From a candidate division WOR-3 bacterium (lineage in GTDB: Bacteria > Hydrothermota > Hydrothermia > LBFQ01), in assembly GCA_027003075.1 (NCBI GenBank), contig JALWYV010000001.1, forward strand, positions 24,128 to 88,127: DNA of 64,000 nucleotides, given 5' to 3'. The notes below the pieces were generated by a model. It saw only the letters and a program-made list of their open reading frames with translations, ran no database searches and had not been told where the DNA came from. Of this stretch, positions 27,935 to 39,150 are shown piece after piece. Each line of letters starts with the position of its first letter. Position 1 is the first letter of the stretch. The position numbers and the translations under genes were made by a program.

Positions 27935-28844
27935 TAGGTGAGTACTTCGGATCCATAGGGACCGCCTTTATCCGGTCGGTTATCTGGGATATGAGTCCTG
28001 AAAGTACCCTGCCCGGCCCCACCTCCCACGCCTCTCTGACCCCCATACCCACGGCCTCCCTGACCATATCAACGAAACGGACGGGGGAGCTGAGCTGTCG
28101 GACCACCGCCCTCTTCACATCGCTGGCAGTGAGGGCCACCTTACCCGTCGTGTTCATTATTATGGGAACGACCGGATCCCTGAACCTTGCCCCGTCAAGG
28201 ATCCGGGCCAGGCGGTTGGATGCACCCTCCACCAGGGGAGAGTGGGAGGCGAAGCTGATCTTCAGCCTTACCGCCCGTATACGGGCCCTCATCTTCCGGG
28301 CCTGTTTTTCCATGAAATCCACCACCTTATCAAGTTCAACCCTGTGGCCGGATAGTACGATCTGCTTTGGGGAGTTGTAGTTGGATATGACCACACCGAC
28401 GGACGTTAGCCGTTTCAGGACCTCTTCGGCGAGGCTCAGGACGTTCTCCCCTATGAGAGCCACCATACCCCCTTCCCTCCCGGAGTCCTCAACTATTATG
28501 CGTCCCCTCTCAAGGACCAGACTTAAGGCGGTCTCAAAGTCCAGGACGCCGGCAGCGTACAGGGCCGCCAGTTCCCCCAGGCTGTGGCCAAAGACCACGT
28601 CGGGGAAGGCGTCGCGTTTCAGAACGTCGTACAGGGCAGCCTCGTAGAGGAATACGGCCGGATGGGTGTTCTCCGTCCTCTTCAACTCCTCGTCGGACAG
28701 ATTGTACAGCAGATGCCTGAGGGGTCTCCCGCTTATCCTCTCGGCCCGTATTAGGGTCTCCTCGGCCTCCGGGTACCTCCGTACGAGGATCCTGCCCATA
28801 CCGGCGTACTGGCTACCCTGGCCCGGAAAAGCGTAAGCCAGCAT
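27924..28844 (-). CDS. fabD: malonyl-CoA:ACP transacylase
   Basis: Has 'FPGQGSQYAGMG' and the active-site 'GHSLGELAALYAAGVL'. Confidence 0.9.
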   Translation of the reverse strand: MLAYAFPGQGSQYAGMGRILVRRYPEAEETLIRAERISGRPLRHLLYNLSDEELKRTENTHPAVFLYEAALYDVLKRDAFPDVVFGHSLGELAALYAAGVLDFETALSLVLERGRIIVEDSGREGGMVALIGENVLSLAEEVLKRLTSVGVVISNYNSPKQIVLSGHRVELDKVVDFMEKQARKMRARIRAVRLKISFASHSPLVEGASNRLARILDGARFRDPVVPIIMNTTGKVALTASDVKRAVVRQLSSPVRFVDMVREAVGMGVREAWEVGPGRVLSGLISQITDRIKAVPMDPKYSPIKT

Positions 28845-28897
28845 ATCCGGATATTCTAAGAGTAAAACCTCACCATATGGTCGGACGGTGCAGGTAG

Positions 28898-31033
28898 TTA
28901 TACCTCAGCCTCTTCCTTTTCTTCCGTCAACACCCGCGGCTTCTCCACCCTCGTGTAGATCTCAAATACGTCTCCCGGCTTGAACTTGTTAAAGCTCTCA
29001 AGCCTGACACCGCACTCGTATCCCTCCTGCACCTCCCTGACGTCGTCCTTGAAACGCTTCAGGGATGCTATGCGGCTCTGGGCTATTACCTGTCCGTCCC
29101 TGACCACCTTTACAAGGGCGTCCCGGGTTATCTTCCCGGATCTTACGTAACATCCCGCCACCGTTCCGGCTTTAGTGCTGAAGGTGGCTTTAACCTCTGC
29201 CTCACCTATCTTGACCTCCTCTACCTCAGGTTCAAGGTTGCTGGCGAGGATGTTCTTGAGCTCGTCAAGCAGGTGGTAGATCACCTTGTGGGTGCGTATG
29301 GGGACACCGCGGGTCTCGGCCAGCTTACGGGCATCGCTGTTGACCTTGGTGTTGAAGCCGAGTATGACCCCCTCCGACGCCGTGGCGAGGTCCACGTCCG
29401 TAACGGTGATCGGTCCCACTCCGCTGTGGATGACCCTCGGCTCTATCTCCCTGTACTTCATCTTATGGATGGCCTGAACGAGAGCCTCCACGGATCCCTG
29501 AGTGTCCGCCTTGACTATAACGGGGATCTTCAACTTCTCACCGGCCTTCAACTTCTCCTGGATCCGGCGCATTATCTTGACGTCCACCCGCTTATCTATC
29601 TGGTACTTCATCGTACGGCGGTACTCCTCAGCCCTCTCCTTGGCCTCCTGTACGAACGGGACGACCACCAGTATATCTCCGGCTCTCGGCACCTCCTCAA
29701 AACCCTGCACGACGACAGGGGTCGCGGGCGTGGCCTCCTTGACCCTCCGGTTGGTTTCGTCGTACATGGCCCGGACCTTTCCGTAGGTGGGACCACACCA
29801 GAAGGCGTCCCCGACCTTAAGGGTTCCCTTCTGAATTATCACGCTCCCGAGGGGACCCCTTCCCCTCGTGTCCATTCGGGACTCTATGACGACGGCACGG
29901 GCGGGCCCCTTGTACGGAGCCTTCAGTTCCAGTTCTTCGGCTTTTAGAATAATGGCATCTAAGAGGTCGTCTATCCCTATCTTCTTGAGAGCCGAGACCT
30001 CCACCATTATCGTATCCCCGCCGTACTCCTCCGGAACCAGACCGTACTTCATCAGCTGGTTCTTCACCATCATGGGATCGGCACCGGGGACGTCTATCTT
30101 GTTTATGGCGACGATTATCGGAACTCCGGCCGTTTTGGCGTGGTTTATGGCCTCAACCGTCTGAGGCTTTACCCCCTCGTTGGCCGCCACCACAAGCACG
30201 ACCATATCGGTCACCTGCGCCCCTCTGGCCCGCATGGCCGTAAAGGCCTCGTGTCCGGGAGTGTCTATGAATATGATCTCGTAATCTCCCTTCTTTACCC
30301 TCCAGGCACCTATGCTCTGGGTTATCCCTCCGGCCTCCTGCGCGGCCACGCTGGTTCCCCTTATGGCGTCCAGTAAGGTGGTCTTACCGTGGTCCACGTG
30401 TCCCATAACCGTGACTATGGGAGGTCTCGGTCTCCAGTCGGAGTAGAGGTTTTCGTCCTCCTCAACCAGCTCCTCGGCCGCCTCGGAGTACTCCACCTCC
30501 ACGCCGAACTCCCCCGCGAGTACTTCAATGAGGTCGGGTTCAAGTATGTGGTTTATCGTGAGGAGCGTACCCATCTCAAAGGCCTTCTTGATGATCTCCT
30601 CCGGGTCCCTCCCCATGGCGTCGGCGAACTCCCTGAGGGACATTGGACCCGTTACGATTATCTTATCAACCTGCTTTTTGGGTTCGGCCTTCTGTTTTGG
30701 CTTCGGTTTCGTCCGGCTCTTGGTAAGCTTCTTCGTCTGACGGGGTTGCTTCTCGTCCCTTCTTCTGTCGTCTTTCTTCTTGGCTTTGCGGCCGGGCGGG
30801 GGCGGTGTAACCGGCCTGTAGATCTGCTTCTTAACGTTCAACTCCCGGGAGATCTGACGCCTCTGCTCCTCTATCTTCCGGCGTACCAGCATCTCCATAT
30901 CCCGGTTCAGATTGTGAGTCTTACTCCGGACGTGCTTGTAGCCGTTCTCCCGGAGTATCTGGATGATCACCTTCGGATCAACCTTCAGCTCTTCCGCCAG
31001 TTCGTAAAGCGGAACCGGTCCTTTTCTACGCAT
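28898..31033 (-). CDS. infB: translation initiation factor IF-2
   Basis: G domain '[19 protein letters not shown]' with a basic Lys-rich N-terminal region. Lies downstream of nusA. Confidence 0.95.
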   Translation of the reverse strand: MRRKGPVPLYELAEELKVDPKVIIQILRENGYKHVRSKTHNLNRDMEMLVRRKIEEQRRQISRELNVKKQIYRPVTPPPPGRKAKKKDDRRRDEKQPRQTKKLTKSRTKPKPKQKAEPKKQVDKIIVTGPMSLREFADAMGRDPEEIIKKAFEMGTLLTINHILEPDLIEVLAGEFGVEVEYSEAAEELVEEDENLYSDWRPRPPIVTVMGHVDHGKTTLLDAIRGTSVAAQEAGGITQSIGAWRVKKGDYEIIFIDTPGHEAFTAMRARGAQVTDMVVLVVAANEGVKPQTVEAINHAKTAGVPIIVAINKIDVPGADPMMVKNQLMKYGLVPEEYGGDTIMVEVSALKKIGIDDLLDAIILKAEELELKAPYKGPARAVVIESRMDTRGRGPLGSVIIQKGTLKVGDAFWCGPTYGKVRAMYDETNRRVKEATPATPVVVQGFEEVPRAGDILVVVPFVQEAKERAEEYRRTMKYQIDKRVDVKIMRRIQEKLKAGEKLKIPVIVKADTQGSVEALVQAIHKMKYREIEPRVIHSGVGPITVTDVDLATASEGVILGFNTKVNSDARKLAETRGVPIRTHKVIYHLLDELKNILASNLEPEVEEVKIGEAEVKATFSTKAGTVAGCYVRSGKITRDALVKVVRDGQVIAQSRIASLKRFKDDVREVQEGYECGVRLESFNKFKPGDVFEIYTRVEKPRVLTEEKEEAEV

Positions 31034-32258
31034 TCTCTCCGTTCTCCTTCTTTTCCTCTTGCTTTCGGGCTTTCTCCCTTATGGCCTCCTCAACGATATC
31101 TATCACCCTTATGGCCGTGGCCTCGTCCACGTCAAGGAGACGCTGGATATGGACGAGAGGAGGCAGTTTCTTGAAGTACACGAGGGCCGCCCTCTTCATC
31201 TTCTCGTATATCTGAGGCGGGAGCTTGTCCTTTATGTCGTAAAGGGTTACGCCCTCCTCCGGAGGCTCGTACTCCGATATGGGAAGGGCCATGATCCTCT
31301 TACCCACCAGACGGGAGGCGAGGATCACGTTCAGGCCCTCTTTGCCCTTCGCCTTTCCGAGGTCGTCCTCGTTCTCGTAGTAAACCCGTATCTCGTCCTC
31401 GGTTTCATAGGCGGCCACGGCGTTCTCGGCCGGCGATAGGGCCAGCACGGCGAACCTCACCCTATCGGGGTCGTACTCCACGACCTCTATACTCTCGTTC
31501 CTTGGCAACCTCCTCCTCAGGTCCCTGAGGCGTATACCCTTCTTACCCACGAGGCTCGTAACCGGATTCACGAATGGGTCGGTTGTGGATACGGCCACCT
31601 TCGTCAAAACTCCGGCCTCACGGGCTATCGCTCTTATCTGGACGGTTCCGTCGGAGACCTCAGGGATCTTCTCAAGGAGAGCCCTGACGTACGCGGGATG
31701 GGCCCGCGAGAGTATGAGGGGATAGGCGCTCTTCTCCTCTATGCTGAGGACTACGGCATCTATATCCTGACCGGGGCGGTACACTTCCCCTTCCACCATG
31801 CCGGAAGGCTCTATGCGCCCCTCAATGCCTATGTCGTCAATCGTTACCCCGACCAGTATTCCCCGTCTCTTGTCCACCTTCTGTATCTTTCCCGTGACTA
31901 TCTTTCCGATGTAGGGGGTAAGTTTGGCCAGCTTGGACCTCTGGATGTCGTACTTGATCATCTGGACGAAGTAGTTCTTCAGGGTATGGACGTCGTCTAT
32001 ACTCAGGCTGGAGGGATCTATTACCTCGGTCTTCTTCTCGTCGTCCGGGTACTTCAGGATGACCTTAATATCCCCCCTATCAAGGTCAACGTGAGCCTCA
32101 ACCTCCGGTTTGGGATGGGCGTACCTGTACTTATGCTCAAACGTGCGCTTTAAGGCCGCTTCCAGGACTTTGCCGACCCTCTTGGAGTCCACACCGTGCC
32201 TGTTGGCGAACTCTTCCAGAGCAAGTCGCAGTTCGTCAAACCTTATTCTGGTTTCCAT
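31026..32258 (-). CDS. nusA: transcription termination/antitermination factor NusA
   Basis: 410 aa with S1 and two KH domains. The rimP-nusA-infB order is conserved. Confidence 0.95.
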   Translation of the reverse strand: METRIRFDELRLALEEFANRHGVDSKRVGKVLEAALKRTFEHKYRYAHPKPEVEAHVDLDRGDIKVILKYPDDEKKTEVIDPSSLSIDDVHTLKNYFVQMIKYDIQRSKLAKLTPYIGKIVTGKIQKVDKRRGILVGVTIDDIGIEGRIEPSGMVEGEVYRPGQDIDAVVLSIEEKSAYPLILSRAHPAYVRALLEKIPEVSDGTVQIRAIAREAGVLTKVAVSTTDPFVNPVTSLVGKKGIRLRDLRRRLPRNESIEVVEYDPDRVRFAVLALSPAENAVAAYETEDEIRVYYENEDDLGKAKGKEGLNVILASRLVGKRIMALPISEYEPPEEGVTLYDIKDKLPPQIYEKMKRAALVYFKKLPPLVHIQRLLDVDEATAIRVIDIVEEAIREKARKQEEKKENGENA

Positions 32259-32271
32259 TCTTACCTCCTTT

Positions 32272-32718
32272 TTAAACCTCGTCTAACCTGAGGAGGGCCA
32301 CGTCCGCGAGGTTGAAGAACTTACCGCTAACGCCTACCGTGTTCTCCTCCTCGTTGTAGTAGTCCAGAACTCCCCTGTAGGTCCTGCCGTCTTTCAGGAC
32401 GAGAACGACCCTCTTTCCGATCGCCCAGTTTATCTCCCGCGGCTTTACGAGTTTCCTGTCCAGACCCGGAGAGGACACCTCCAGAACGTAGGACTGGTCT
32501 ATAAAGTCCTCCGCATCAAGCATATCGGAGTAGGTGCGGGAGAACCTCTCAACGTCCCGTATGGTTATACCACCTTCACGGTCAATAAAGATACGCAGGG
32601 TTCCCTTCCTGCCCTCCTTCCACTCCACGTCCACCAGCGTGAAGTTCATCTCGTCGGCCAGCTTCTCGGCCATCTCCTCTGCCTTCTTCTCTATCTCCTT
32701 CCCTTTTTCCCCATTCAT
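32272..32718 (-). CDS. rimP: ribosome maturation factor RimP
   Basis: 'LVDVEW...LRIFIDREGGITIRDVERFSR...LEVSSPGLDRKL' is the RimP signature. Confidence 0.85.
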   Translation of the reverse strand: MNGEKGKEIEKKAEEMAEKLADEMNFTLVDVEWKEGRKGTLRIFIDREGGITIRDVERFSRTYSDMLDAEDFIDQSYVLEVSSPGLDRKLVKPREINWAIGKRVVLVLKDGRTYRGVLDYYNEEENTVGVSGKFFNLADVALLRLDEV

Positions 32719-32770
32719 ATAACTGCGTATTATACCGCAGAACTGCGTATTACTTTACGGTAAATCCGCC

Positions 32771-34423
32771 TTACGGACAGACTTTACCCTTGCACACTAC
32801 CCCCCGCGTCGGGAAGGTGGACCTTATACTCAGGGAATCAACGGCCGGATTACTGAAGCCGAGGCCTTTCCCCCTCAGGTTTACCTTCAGACTGCCGTCC
32901 ATATCCCAGAATACGCCCACCCCCTGCGCGTTCCCGCTCCCGAGGCAGAGATTTCCGCACGTGTAGGTGTCCTTTCCCCTACCGTCTAAAAGGAGGCCGT
33001 AGGAGAAGTCGTGTCCCACACCCTGAGACGTGGACCTGGTGGCCAGATACACGTCGTCTCCCCCTCTGTCGTAGAGCGCCCCTATCGCGAAGTGGGCAGC
33101 CGCTCCCTGAACGTACCATACTCCGGAGTAGGCGTCGTTGCCACTTCCGTCGTAAAGTACTCCCGTACCGAGCCAGTACCCGGCCCCCTGAGCAAATACC
33201 CCGGCCTCGTACCTGTCGTCCCCCTCCCCGTCAAGGAGCAGCCCCACACCTCCGGCGAGGGATCTCCCGTCAAAGAAGTCCCTCCTCTCGCCGAACCCCA
33301 TACCCTGACCGAGGCTGGAGTTATGGCGGGGATCCTGCGGGGACGGGAAGAGGGTCAGGGAGTCCTCCATCCTGTAGGAGTCGTTCCCTGAGAGGTCGGC
33401 CAGTATTCCAATACCCCTCACCCATCCGAATCCCTGAGCCTTCTGGTAGGCGTAGTAAGTGTCGTTCCCGGAGACGTCTATGAGGAGGCCCCCACCGTTG
33501 TACCCGGCTCCCTGTACGAAGACCTTACCCCTGTACGTGTCTTTTCCGGACAGGTCAAGGAGGACGCCGAAACCGGAGAACCCTGCCCCCTGCCCTTCAC
33601 CCTCGTATACGTCGTCCCCTCCCACGTCCACGAAGGCGGCTACGGAGAAGAGGCCGAACCCGACGGAACCGGTATAGGTGTCGTTCCCTCCGTTATCTAC
33701 TCCTATGGCCACGGACTTATAGGTGTCGTCCCCACCGGCGTCCACGACTATCAGGGCGTCGGGGAAGCTGTCGTTCTCGGGCCCACCGAAGGAGACGTAC
33801 CCCCACGGTGTAGGGACGTTTAGGCTCTTTATTTTGCCTCCCTCCCTTCGGAGGGCTGACCTCAGGGAGTCCAGAAGCAGGCAGGCCACCTGAAAGGCGT
33901 AGGCTTCCTCGTTCAGATTTCTGAGGTTCTTCCTTTCAAATGCCCTCTTTTCCTTAAGGTTCAGGCTGTCCCAGATGTACGCCCGGCTCCTTTCGGAGAC
34001 CTTCCCGTCAAGGGCGATGTAGAGTTTCAGGAGGGCGGTGACTATCCGGTTGACGGAACGGGGTACGTACTCCGGTATTATCTGAAGGGTGTCCCTGTGG
34101 GCTTTCGTGAGTTTCTTCGCCCTGTCAAATACGAACTTTCCGAGGGGGTTATCGCCCGTTATGCTGAGGACCTCCTCCCTGTAAACGTCTCCAACGATGC
34201 CGGCGCGGACGTTGTAGCCGGATAGTTTTGTTATCAGGGCGCAGGCGGGGAATAGTTTTAAGGTATCACCCTGGGCCTTCCACCTACGGGCTATCTTCTC
34301 GGCCGTCGTGTACGTCAGGTTGGGGTCGGACAGGTAGAGGTCGGTTATGGGAAGTGTGGTATGCCTGCCCGCCCAGAAGTTTATGGCGCTCAAAGAGATT
34401 ACGAAGAGGGAGGAGTCTATCAT
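32771..34423 (-). CDS. Gly/Asp-rich repeat protein, paralog A (putative beta-solenoid with 'xDxxGNDxY' repeats)
   Basis: 550 aa. The C-terminal ~330 aa carry about 12 repeats of 'hhD-x2-G-(N/D)-D-x-Y-x7-QG-x-G' (h = hydrophobic). It is paralogous to the gene at 36655-38298. The N-terminal ~220 aa are unrelated to that paralog. Confidence 0.5.
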   Translation of the reverse strand: MIDSSLFVISLSAINFWAGRHTTLPITDLYLSDPNLTYTTAEKIARRWKAQGDTLKLFPACALITKLSGYNVRAGIVGDVYREEVLSITGDNPLGKFVFDRAKKLTKAHRDTLQIIPEYVPRSVNRIVTALLKLYIALDGKVSERSRAYIWDSLNLKEKRAFERKNLRNLNEEAYAFQVACLLLDSLRSALRREGGKIKSLNVPTPWGYVSFGGPENDSFPDALIVVDAGGDDTYKSVAIGVDNGGNDTYTGSVGFGLFSVAAFVDVGGDDVYEGEGQGAGFSGFGVLLDLSGKDTYRGKVFVQGAGYNGGGLLIDVSGNDTYYAYQKAQGFGWVRGIGILADLSGNDSYRMEDSLTLFPSPQDPRHNSSLGQGMGFGERRDFFDGRSLAGGVGLLLDGEGDDRYEAGVFAQGAGYWLGTGVLYDGSGNDAYSGVWYVQGAAAHFAIGALYDRGGDDVYLATRSTSQGVGHDFSYGLLLDGRGKDTYTCGNLCLGSGNAQGVGVFWDMDGSLKVNLRGKGLGFSNPAVDSLSIRSTFPTRGVVCKGKVCP

Positions 34424-34466
34424 ACCCGAATTCTACGGTTGCGGCTGATACGAGGGGGTAAAGGGC

Positions 34467-35963
34467 TTATCTTACAACAACTCTAAACACCTTACCCCCG
34501 ACCTTCACGAAATACACCCCGGCGGGCAAAGAGACCCTGCCCTTGCCTCTGAAAACGAGCCTGCCGCTGACGGAATACACCTCACCGTACTCCGGAACTT
34601 CAATACCACCTCTCACAACCTTGATAGTGGCCTTCCCTGTTTTCCTCACAACCTCCTCAACCTCGGTGATCTCGCTCACTATACCCCTGAAAAACCACGC
34701 GTTCCCCCCACCGGAGAAGATATAACCATCACGAGACCTATCACCACCAGTGTAGTAATACACCGTATCCCTGTACGTTATCAAACTCGCATAATCATTG
34801 CCCGGTTTGTTGTGGCAGGCAGGAAACATATCGGGATGGTAGCCCCAAGCAGATGCTATCCTCCTGTTCCTCCACACACCTCCCTCCATCCATCCGTACA
34901 TCACCATGCTCGTATCGGGAAGGATGTCAGATCTGACTCTCTCAACGAAGAATAGAAGAAGCGTATCTCCGGAGGAGGATAAAACGGGATTTCCTTGAAT
35001 GCTGTCACTTCTGTAAACTGCACTATCTATCCACGTTGTCCCTCCGTCAAAGCTGTAGGAGACGTATACGTTGCACCTCCCTGTGTCGCTGCGGTCGTTC
35101 CCATAGACGTAGGCAACCGCAAGACCGTTTATACCAAAGGCCGATATGCTCTTGAGCCGCTTCGTGAAGCCATTAAACGGAACGTTGCATTGCTTATACA
35201 GAGGTCTCCTGTAGAACCGTGCTGCCACACCCGGTACCTCGTTCCACGTCGTGCCACTGTCCGTGGAGTAGAGGACGTGGATGTAAACGGAGTCTAAATC
35301 AGTTTTCTCCTCAACTACAAGGTAATACACACCATCGTGATAGGCGAAATATGGAATATTGAAAATTGAACGGCGACGACCAACAGATTTCCTGATCACC
35401 CAATCACCCGGCGCACCGTGGTTGTCGTTGGTAAGGATGAAAACGGTGTCCTCCTTCATCCACGCCCCTATCACCCTGCTACTGCTTAAAACTCCCATCA
35501 CCCACGGTTTGTCCCTCCTCCTCGGGCTGTACTCGTGCATGTTGTAACAGTACCAGCTGCCTGACAGATGGGGATCGGAGAACGCCATGCAGAATACTAT
35601 CATGTTTGAATCCCTTCGTGACGTGTCCTTGAGGCTTACCATTCCTATCAGGTAGAATCCGTTCGGATTATCTCCCATTATGCTGACAGAGGGGTCAACT
35701 ATCGCATACCTGCTCGTGTCCATTACCCACCCGTCATCAAATGTGCCTATCAGGTCCTTTACGTGAAGCCAATTTGTACCTCTGGTGGTATCAACGAAGA
35801 TGCTTATCGTCCAGAACTTATTAGGCCAGTTTCTGTTTAGTACTGCTGCCACTAAATAGCCATCGTTAAGTGCGAGGTCTCCTTCAAGGTAACTCTGGTA
35901 GCAGTAGTTGGGTATATCGCTGTTTATACGTGTAGAGAAGAAGGAGACCGCTAACGGCAGCAC
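34467..35963 (-). CDS. BNR/Asp-box repeat (sialidase-like) protein with a T9SS-like C-terminal domain
   Basis: Asp-boxes 'YSTDSGTTW' and 'YSFDGGTTW'. The C-terminus '...LPAGVYFVKVGGKVFRVVVR' is close to the tail of the gene at 11960. Confidence 0.6.
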   Translation of the reverse strand: MLPLAVSFFSTRINSDIPNYCYQSYLEGDLALNDGYLVAAVLNRNWPNKFWTISIFVDTTRGTNWLHVKDLIGTFDDGWVMDTSRYAIVDPSVSIMGDNPNGFYLIGMVSLKDTSRRDSNMIVFCMAFSDPHLSGSWYCYNMHEYSPRRRDKPWVMGVLSSSRVIGAWMKEDTVFILTNDNHGAPGDWVIRKSVGRRRSIFNIPYFAYHDGVYYLVVEEKTDLDSVYIHVLYSTDSGTTWNEVPGVAARFYRRPLYKQCNVPFNGFTKRLKSISAFGINGLAVAYVYGNDRSDTGRCNVYVSYSFDGGTTWIDSAVYRSDSIQGNPVLSSSGDTLLLFFVERVRSDILPDTSMVMYGWMEGGVWRNRRIASAWGYHPDMFPACHNKPGNDYASLITYRDTVYYYTGGDRSRDGYIFSGGGNAWFFRGIVSEITEVEEVVRKTGKATIKVVRGGIEVPEYGEVYSVSGRLVFRGKGRVSLPAGVYFVKVGGKVFRVVVR

Positions 35964-36040
35964 GTTTCACCTCCTACCTCACGAGATATATCGGGCTTAG
36001 TTCTATCTCGTACCCGCAGGTACGCAAAAGTATGGGCCTT

Positions 36041-36631
36041 TTACTTACCCCGGTGTATCGCTTCCACGTTCAGTTCTACCTTCACCTTCCTGCCCACGAC
36101 CAGACCCCCCGTCTCCATCTTCTTGTTCCACCTTATACCGAAGTCGTACCGGTCTATGGTGAAACTGGCCTCAACGCCTATGCGAAGGTTTCCCCACGGA
36201 TCCTTAACGGGTCCGTACCACTTGAAGGGGAAGGATACCGTCTTCGTTATGCCCTTGATCGTGAGGTCGGCGTCCGCCCACCACTCGCCCCCCTTCTTAT
36301 AAATTCTCTTCACCACCATCTTCATCCGGGGGTACTTCTGGACGTCAAAGAAGTCGGAGTCCCTCAGGTGGTCGTCCCTCTTCTTGTTTCGGGTGTCTAT
36401 GCTGGCGACGTCCACCCAGCCTTCGGCCCGGCTCTTGGTTATGTCGGAGGTATCCAGATCTATCCAGCCGTCAAAGTTGTGGAAGGTCCCAACGACGGTC
36501 GTGACCATCATGTGGCGCACCTTGAAGTTTATGGACGTGTGGGCCTTGTCCACCTTAAATCGGATGGCCTCCGCCCTCAGAGAAACAAAGGGAAGTGCCG
36601 TTACTATCAGGACGATCGTTAACCTCAGCAT
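36041..36631 (-). CDS. YceI-family periplasmic polyisoprenoid-binding protein
   Basis: Signal peptide followed by 'FKVDKAHTSINFKVRHMMVTTVVGTFHNFDGWIDLD', the YceI signature. Confidence 0.8.
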   Translation of the reverse strand: MLRLTIVLIVTALPFVSLRAEAIRFKVDKAHTSINFKVRHMMVTTVVGTFHNFDGWIDLDTSDITKSRAEGWVDVASIDTRNKKRDDHLRDSDFFDVQKYPRMKMVVKRIYKKGGEWWADADLTIKGITKTVSFPFKWYGPVKDPWGNLRIGVEASFTIDRYDFGIRWNKKMETGGLVVGRKVKVELNVEAIHRGK

Positions 36632-36654
36632 AGACAGTGATTGTAAAGGGGAAA

Positions 36655-38298
36655 CTACCTATCCCAGCCGAGACCCCACTTCGGCCTTACCCATAGGGAG
36701 GTGTTCCGGGCGTGGGATTTGAAGGGGTAGACGTCCATATCCGTTCCGAGATCAAGGAAGATCCCTATGCCCCCCATCTCTCTCTGTACGTTTGCCCCTC
36801 CGAAGGATATGTCCTCCTCCCTCGCCGAATAGTTGTCCTTTCCGTCTCCGTCCACGAAGATACCCACGGAGTTGGTCAGGCCCACACCGAACCCCCCGCT
36901 GGTGTAGTAAGTGTCGTTCCCGGTTGAGTCGTAGAAGAAGCCTACGGACAGGTCGTGTCCCTCCCCGATGCTGGGGCCGTAGTAGGCGTAGTAGAGGTCG
37001 TCCCCGTCCTTATCTACGAGGCCACCGACGGAGAGGTGAATCCCCGCTCCCTGACAGTACTCGGCACAGGTGTACCTGTCGTCCCCTCCCCCGTCGTAAA
37101 GGGCGCCGAGACCGTACCAGTAGGAGACCCCCTGAGCGTACGTCCCGGCCGAATAGTGGTCGTTTCCGGAGGCGTCGGCCAGTATGCCCACACCGCCACC
37201 GAACCGGTCCCTCCACCCTATGGAGAAGCCCTGACCCATGGCCTGCCTCTGCCTGAGGAATAGGGGTTTGTGGATGGGACCGTAGCCGAGGGTGTAGACG
37301 TCGTTCCCACCGTGGTCGGAGAGGATACCGACGCCGTACGTCCCTGCGAACCCCTGACCGTATATTACGGCCTTGTAGATGTCGTTCCCGCCTCCGTCCA
37401 TGAGGTACCCCCCTCCGAAGGTTCCGGCACCGAGGGAGTGGAAACCGCCGGAGTAGTAATCGTCCCCCTCCCGATCGTAGAGGAGTCCGAAACCTCCCAG
37501 ACCTACACCGCCACACGTCCCCTTACAGACGTAGACGTCGTTTCCTGCGTAATCGTAGAGGACGGATATTCCCAGAATACCGGCTGCGAACTCCCCGGAG
37601 TACCTGTCTTCCCCGGAGAGGTCCACTATCAGGACGGGCGCCCTCGTGAGGAGGTAGTCGTCGTCCCCGCCGAAGTCGTATATGGCCACATACTCCCCCC
37701 GGTACGTGTTGTTCCCCTTACCCCCTATCGCCACCTTCCCGAAGCCCGTGACGTACTCGTACTGGAAGTCCCCCTCCATCCGGGGAACCGACGAGGTATC
37801 AAAGTTAAGAACGCAAACGAGAGCGTTCAACAGGAGGTTGTAATCCACCGAATCCGAAAGTGTGCGCACCTGTGCGTGGGTAAGGGAGTCCCCCTCCGGT
37901 GAGTCGGGATCCCACGTGGCGATCAATCTGGCCCTCAGGGTATCCCTCTCCCTTTCCTTGAGCTTTACGAAGGCCCTGTTGGTAAAGTAGTCCACGCAGT
38001 GAAGTGTTTCAACTATGCCCCTTATTACCGTATCCTTCACCGTAAATCGGGTCCTCATCCGTACGGGCTTGAACCTGACAGGCCAGAAGGTGGAAGGGAT
38101 ATTTCTGGGGTTAAGGGAAGCGTAGGACGGAAGGGAATCCACGGACCACTTCACGAAACTCAGGGGATCCGATAGAAAGCGGAGAACGGGCCGGGGTTTC
38201 AGTACAGTCCGCGTGGAGAGGTCCTTGTCAAACGTGAGATCCTTCCGGGTCAACCCCCCGTAAAACAGAAGGGAATCAATAAAGGACATAAACCACAT
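36655..38298 (-). CDS. Gly/Asp-rich repeat protein, paralog B
   Basis: 547 aa with about 12 'hhD-x2-G-(N/D)-D-x-Y' repeats, for example 'LYDYAGNDVYV', 'LMDGGGNDIYKA' and 'LADASGNDHYSA'. Confidence 0.5.
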   Translation of the reverse strand: MWFMSFIDSLLFYGGLTRKDLTFDKDLSTRTVLKPRPVLRFLSDPLSFVKWSVDSLPSYASLNPRNIPSTFWPVRFKPVRMRTRFTVKDTVIRGIVETLHCVDYFTNRAFVKLKERERDTLRARLIATWDPDSPEGDSLTHAQVRTLSDSVDYNLLLNALVCVLNFDTSSVPRMEGDFQYEYVTGFGKVAIGGKGNNTYRGEYVAIYDFGGDDDYLLTRAPVLIVDLSGEDRYSGEFAAGILGISVLYDYAGNDVYVCKGTCGGVGLGGFGLLYDREGDDYYSGGFHSLGAGTFGGGYLMDGGGNDIYKAVIYGQGFAGTYGVGILSDHGGNDVYTLGYGPIHKPLFLRQRQAMGQGFSIGWRDRFGGGVGILADASGNDHYSAGTYAQGVSYWYGLGALYDGGGDDRYTCAEYCQGAGIHLSVGGLVDKDGDDLYYAYYGPSIGEGHDLSVGFFYDSTGNDTYYTSGGFGVGLTNSVGIFVDGDGKDNYSAREEDISFGGANVQREMGGIGIFLDLGTDMDVYPFKSHARNTSLWVRPKWGLGWDR

Positions 38299-38324
38299 TT
38301 ATTCCCCTATTCTAAGGTGGCGTA

Positions 38325-39137
38325 CTACATGCGGAAGCTCACGCTTCCGAGGAAGGAGTACCCGAAGTCCAGATGGTAGGACGTACCGAAGGAGAACTTC
38401 CCTCTGCCGTGGTTGTAGGAGAGTCCGAGCCGTCCCTTCCCTTCAACGAGACCCGCATAAACGTCCATCCTCCAGAAAGAAGCCCTTAAAGATAAGAAAC
38501 CGTCCCGCAGAGGTGAGAACCCGCGCCCGTCCGGTGAGTACTCCCCGCCAAATAAGAGGTACGTGGACCCGTAAACCTTAACCCTTGCCCGGAGGTCCAC
38601 GAGAGGAAGGGCGAACTCCCGCCTGCCGGTACTCCATACGACCGGAGACGTGGCCGCGTTTTTAATGCCGGCGTACAGGTCAAGGAGACTGAGAGGCGAG
38701 TAAAGGAACGCAACGTCTATCCCACCCCCCACACCGCTGCCGTACTTCCCCGCCCCCGCGTAGATAAACTTAACGGCTGCCGCAACCTTCAACGTCTTAC
38801 CGAAGGGTTTAAACGCACCGACCCTCCCCTCGTACGCCCCGAACCTCACCCGATCCACCACCTCCGGTACGTTGTCCTCAGAGGGGGGAGCAGTCGTGTC
38901 CGGAAGGGTGGTTATAAGGATCTCTCCCGAACGGTAGACCTTCAGATGGAAGGAGAAGGGTAAGTACCCTACGCTTATCCCTCCGTAAACGTCCCCCGGT
39001 ACCGTACCCGTGGCCAGACCGACCCCTACCCCTCTTTCCGGGGACAGAACGTTGAACGGGGACTGATAGAACACCTCACTCCTTGAAACGTACTCCTCAA
39101 CGTTGTAGGCGAAGTTCAGGAACTCAAGGGCGAACAT
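38325..39137 (-). CDS. putative outer-membrane beta-barrel protein (270 aa)
   Basis: Alternating hydrophobic, Gly- and Tyr-rich beta strands with an aromatic C-terminus. It could be a PorP/SprF-like or PorQ-like T9SS accessory protein, but that is not established. Confidence 0.4.
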   Translation of the reverse strand: MFALEFLNFAYNVEEYVSRSEVFYQSPFNVLSPERGVGVGLATGTVPGDVYGGISVGYLPFSFHLKVYRSGEILITTLPDTTAPPSEDNVPEVVDRVRFGAYEGRVGAFKPFGKTLKVAAAVKFIYAGAGKYGSGVGGGIDVAFLYSPLSLLDLYAGIKNAATSPVVWSTGRREFALPLVDLRARVKVYGSTYLLFGGEYSPDGRGFSPLRDGFLSLRASFWRMDVYAGLVEGKGRLGLSYNHGRGKFSFGTSYHLDFGYSFLGSVSFRM

Positions 39138-39150
39138 ATTCCCCGTTATT

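Noticed and set aside
34467-35963. Considered whether the near-identical '…VF[KR]VVVR' tails of three genes are a DNA repeat or mobile element
   Set aside because: The similarity is at the protein-motif level (a conserved secretion-sorting domain). The surrounding DNA is not repeated.
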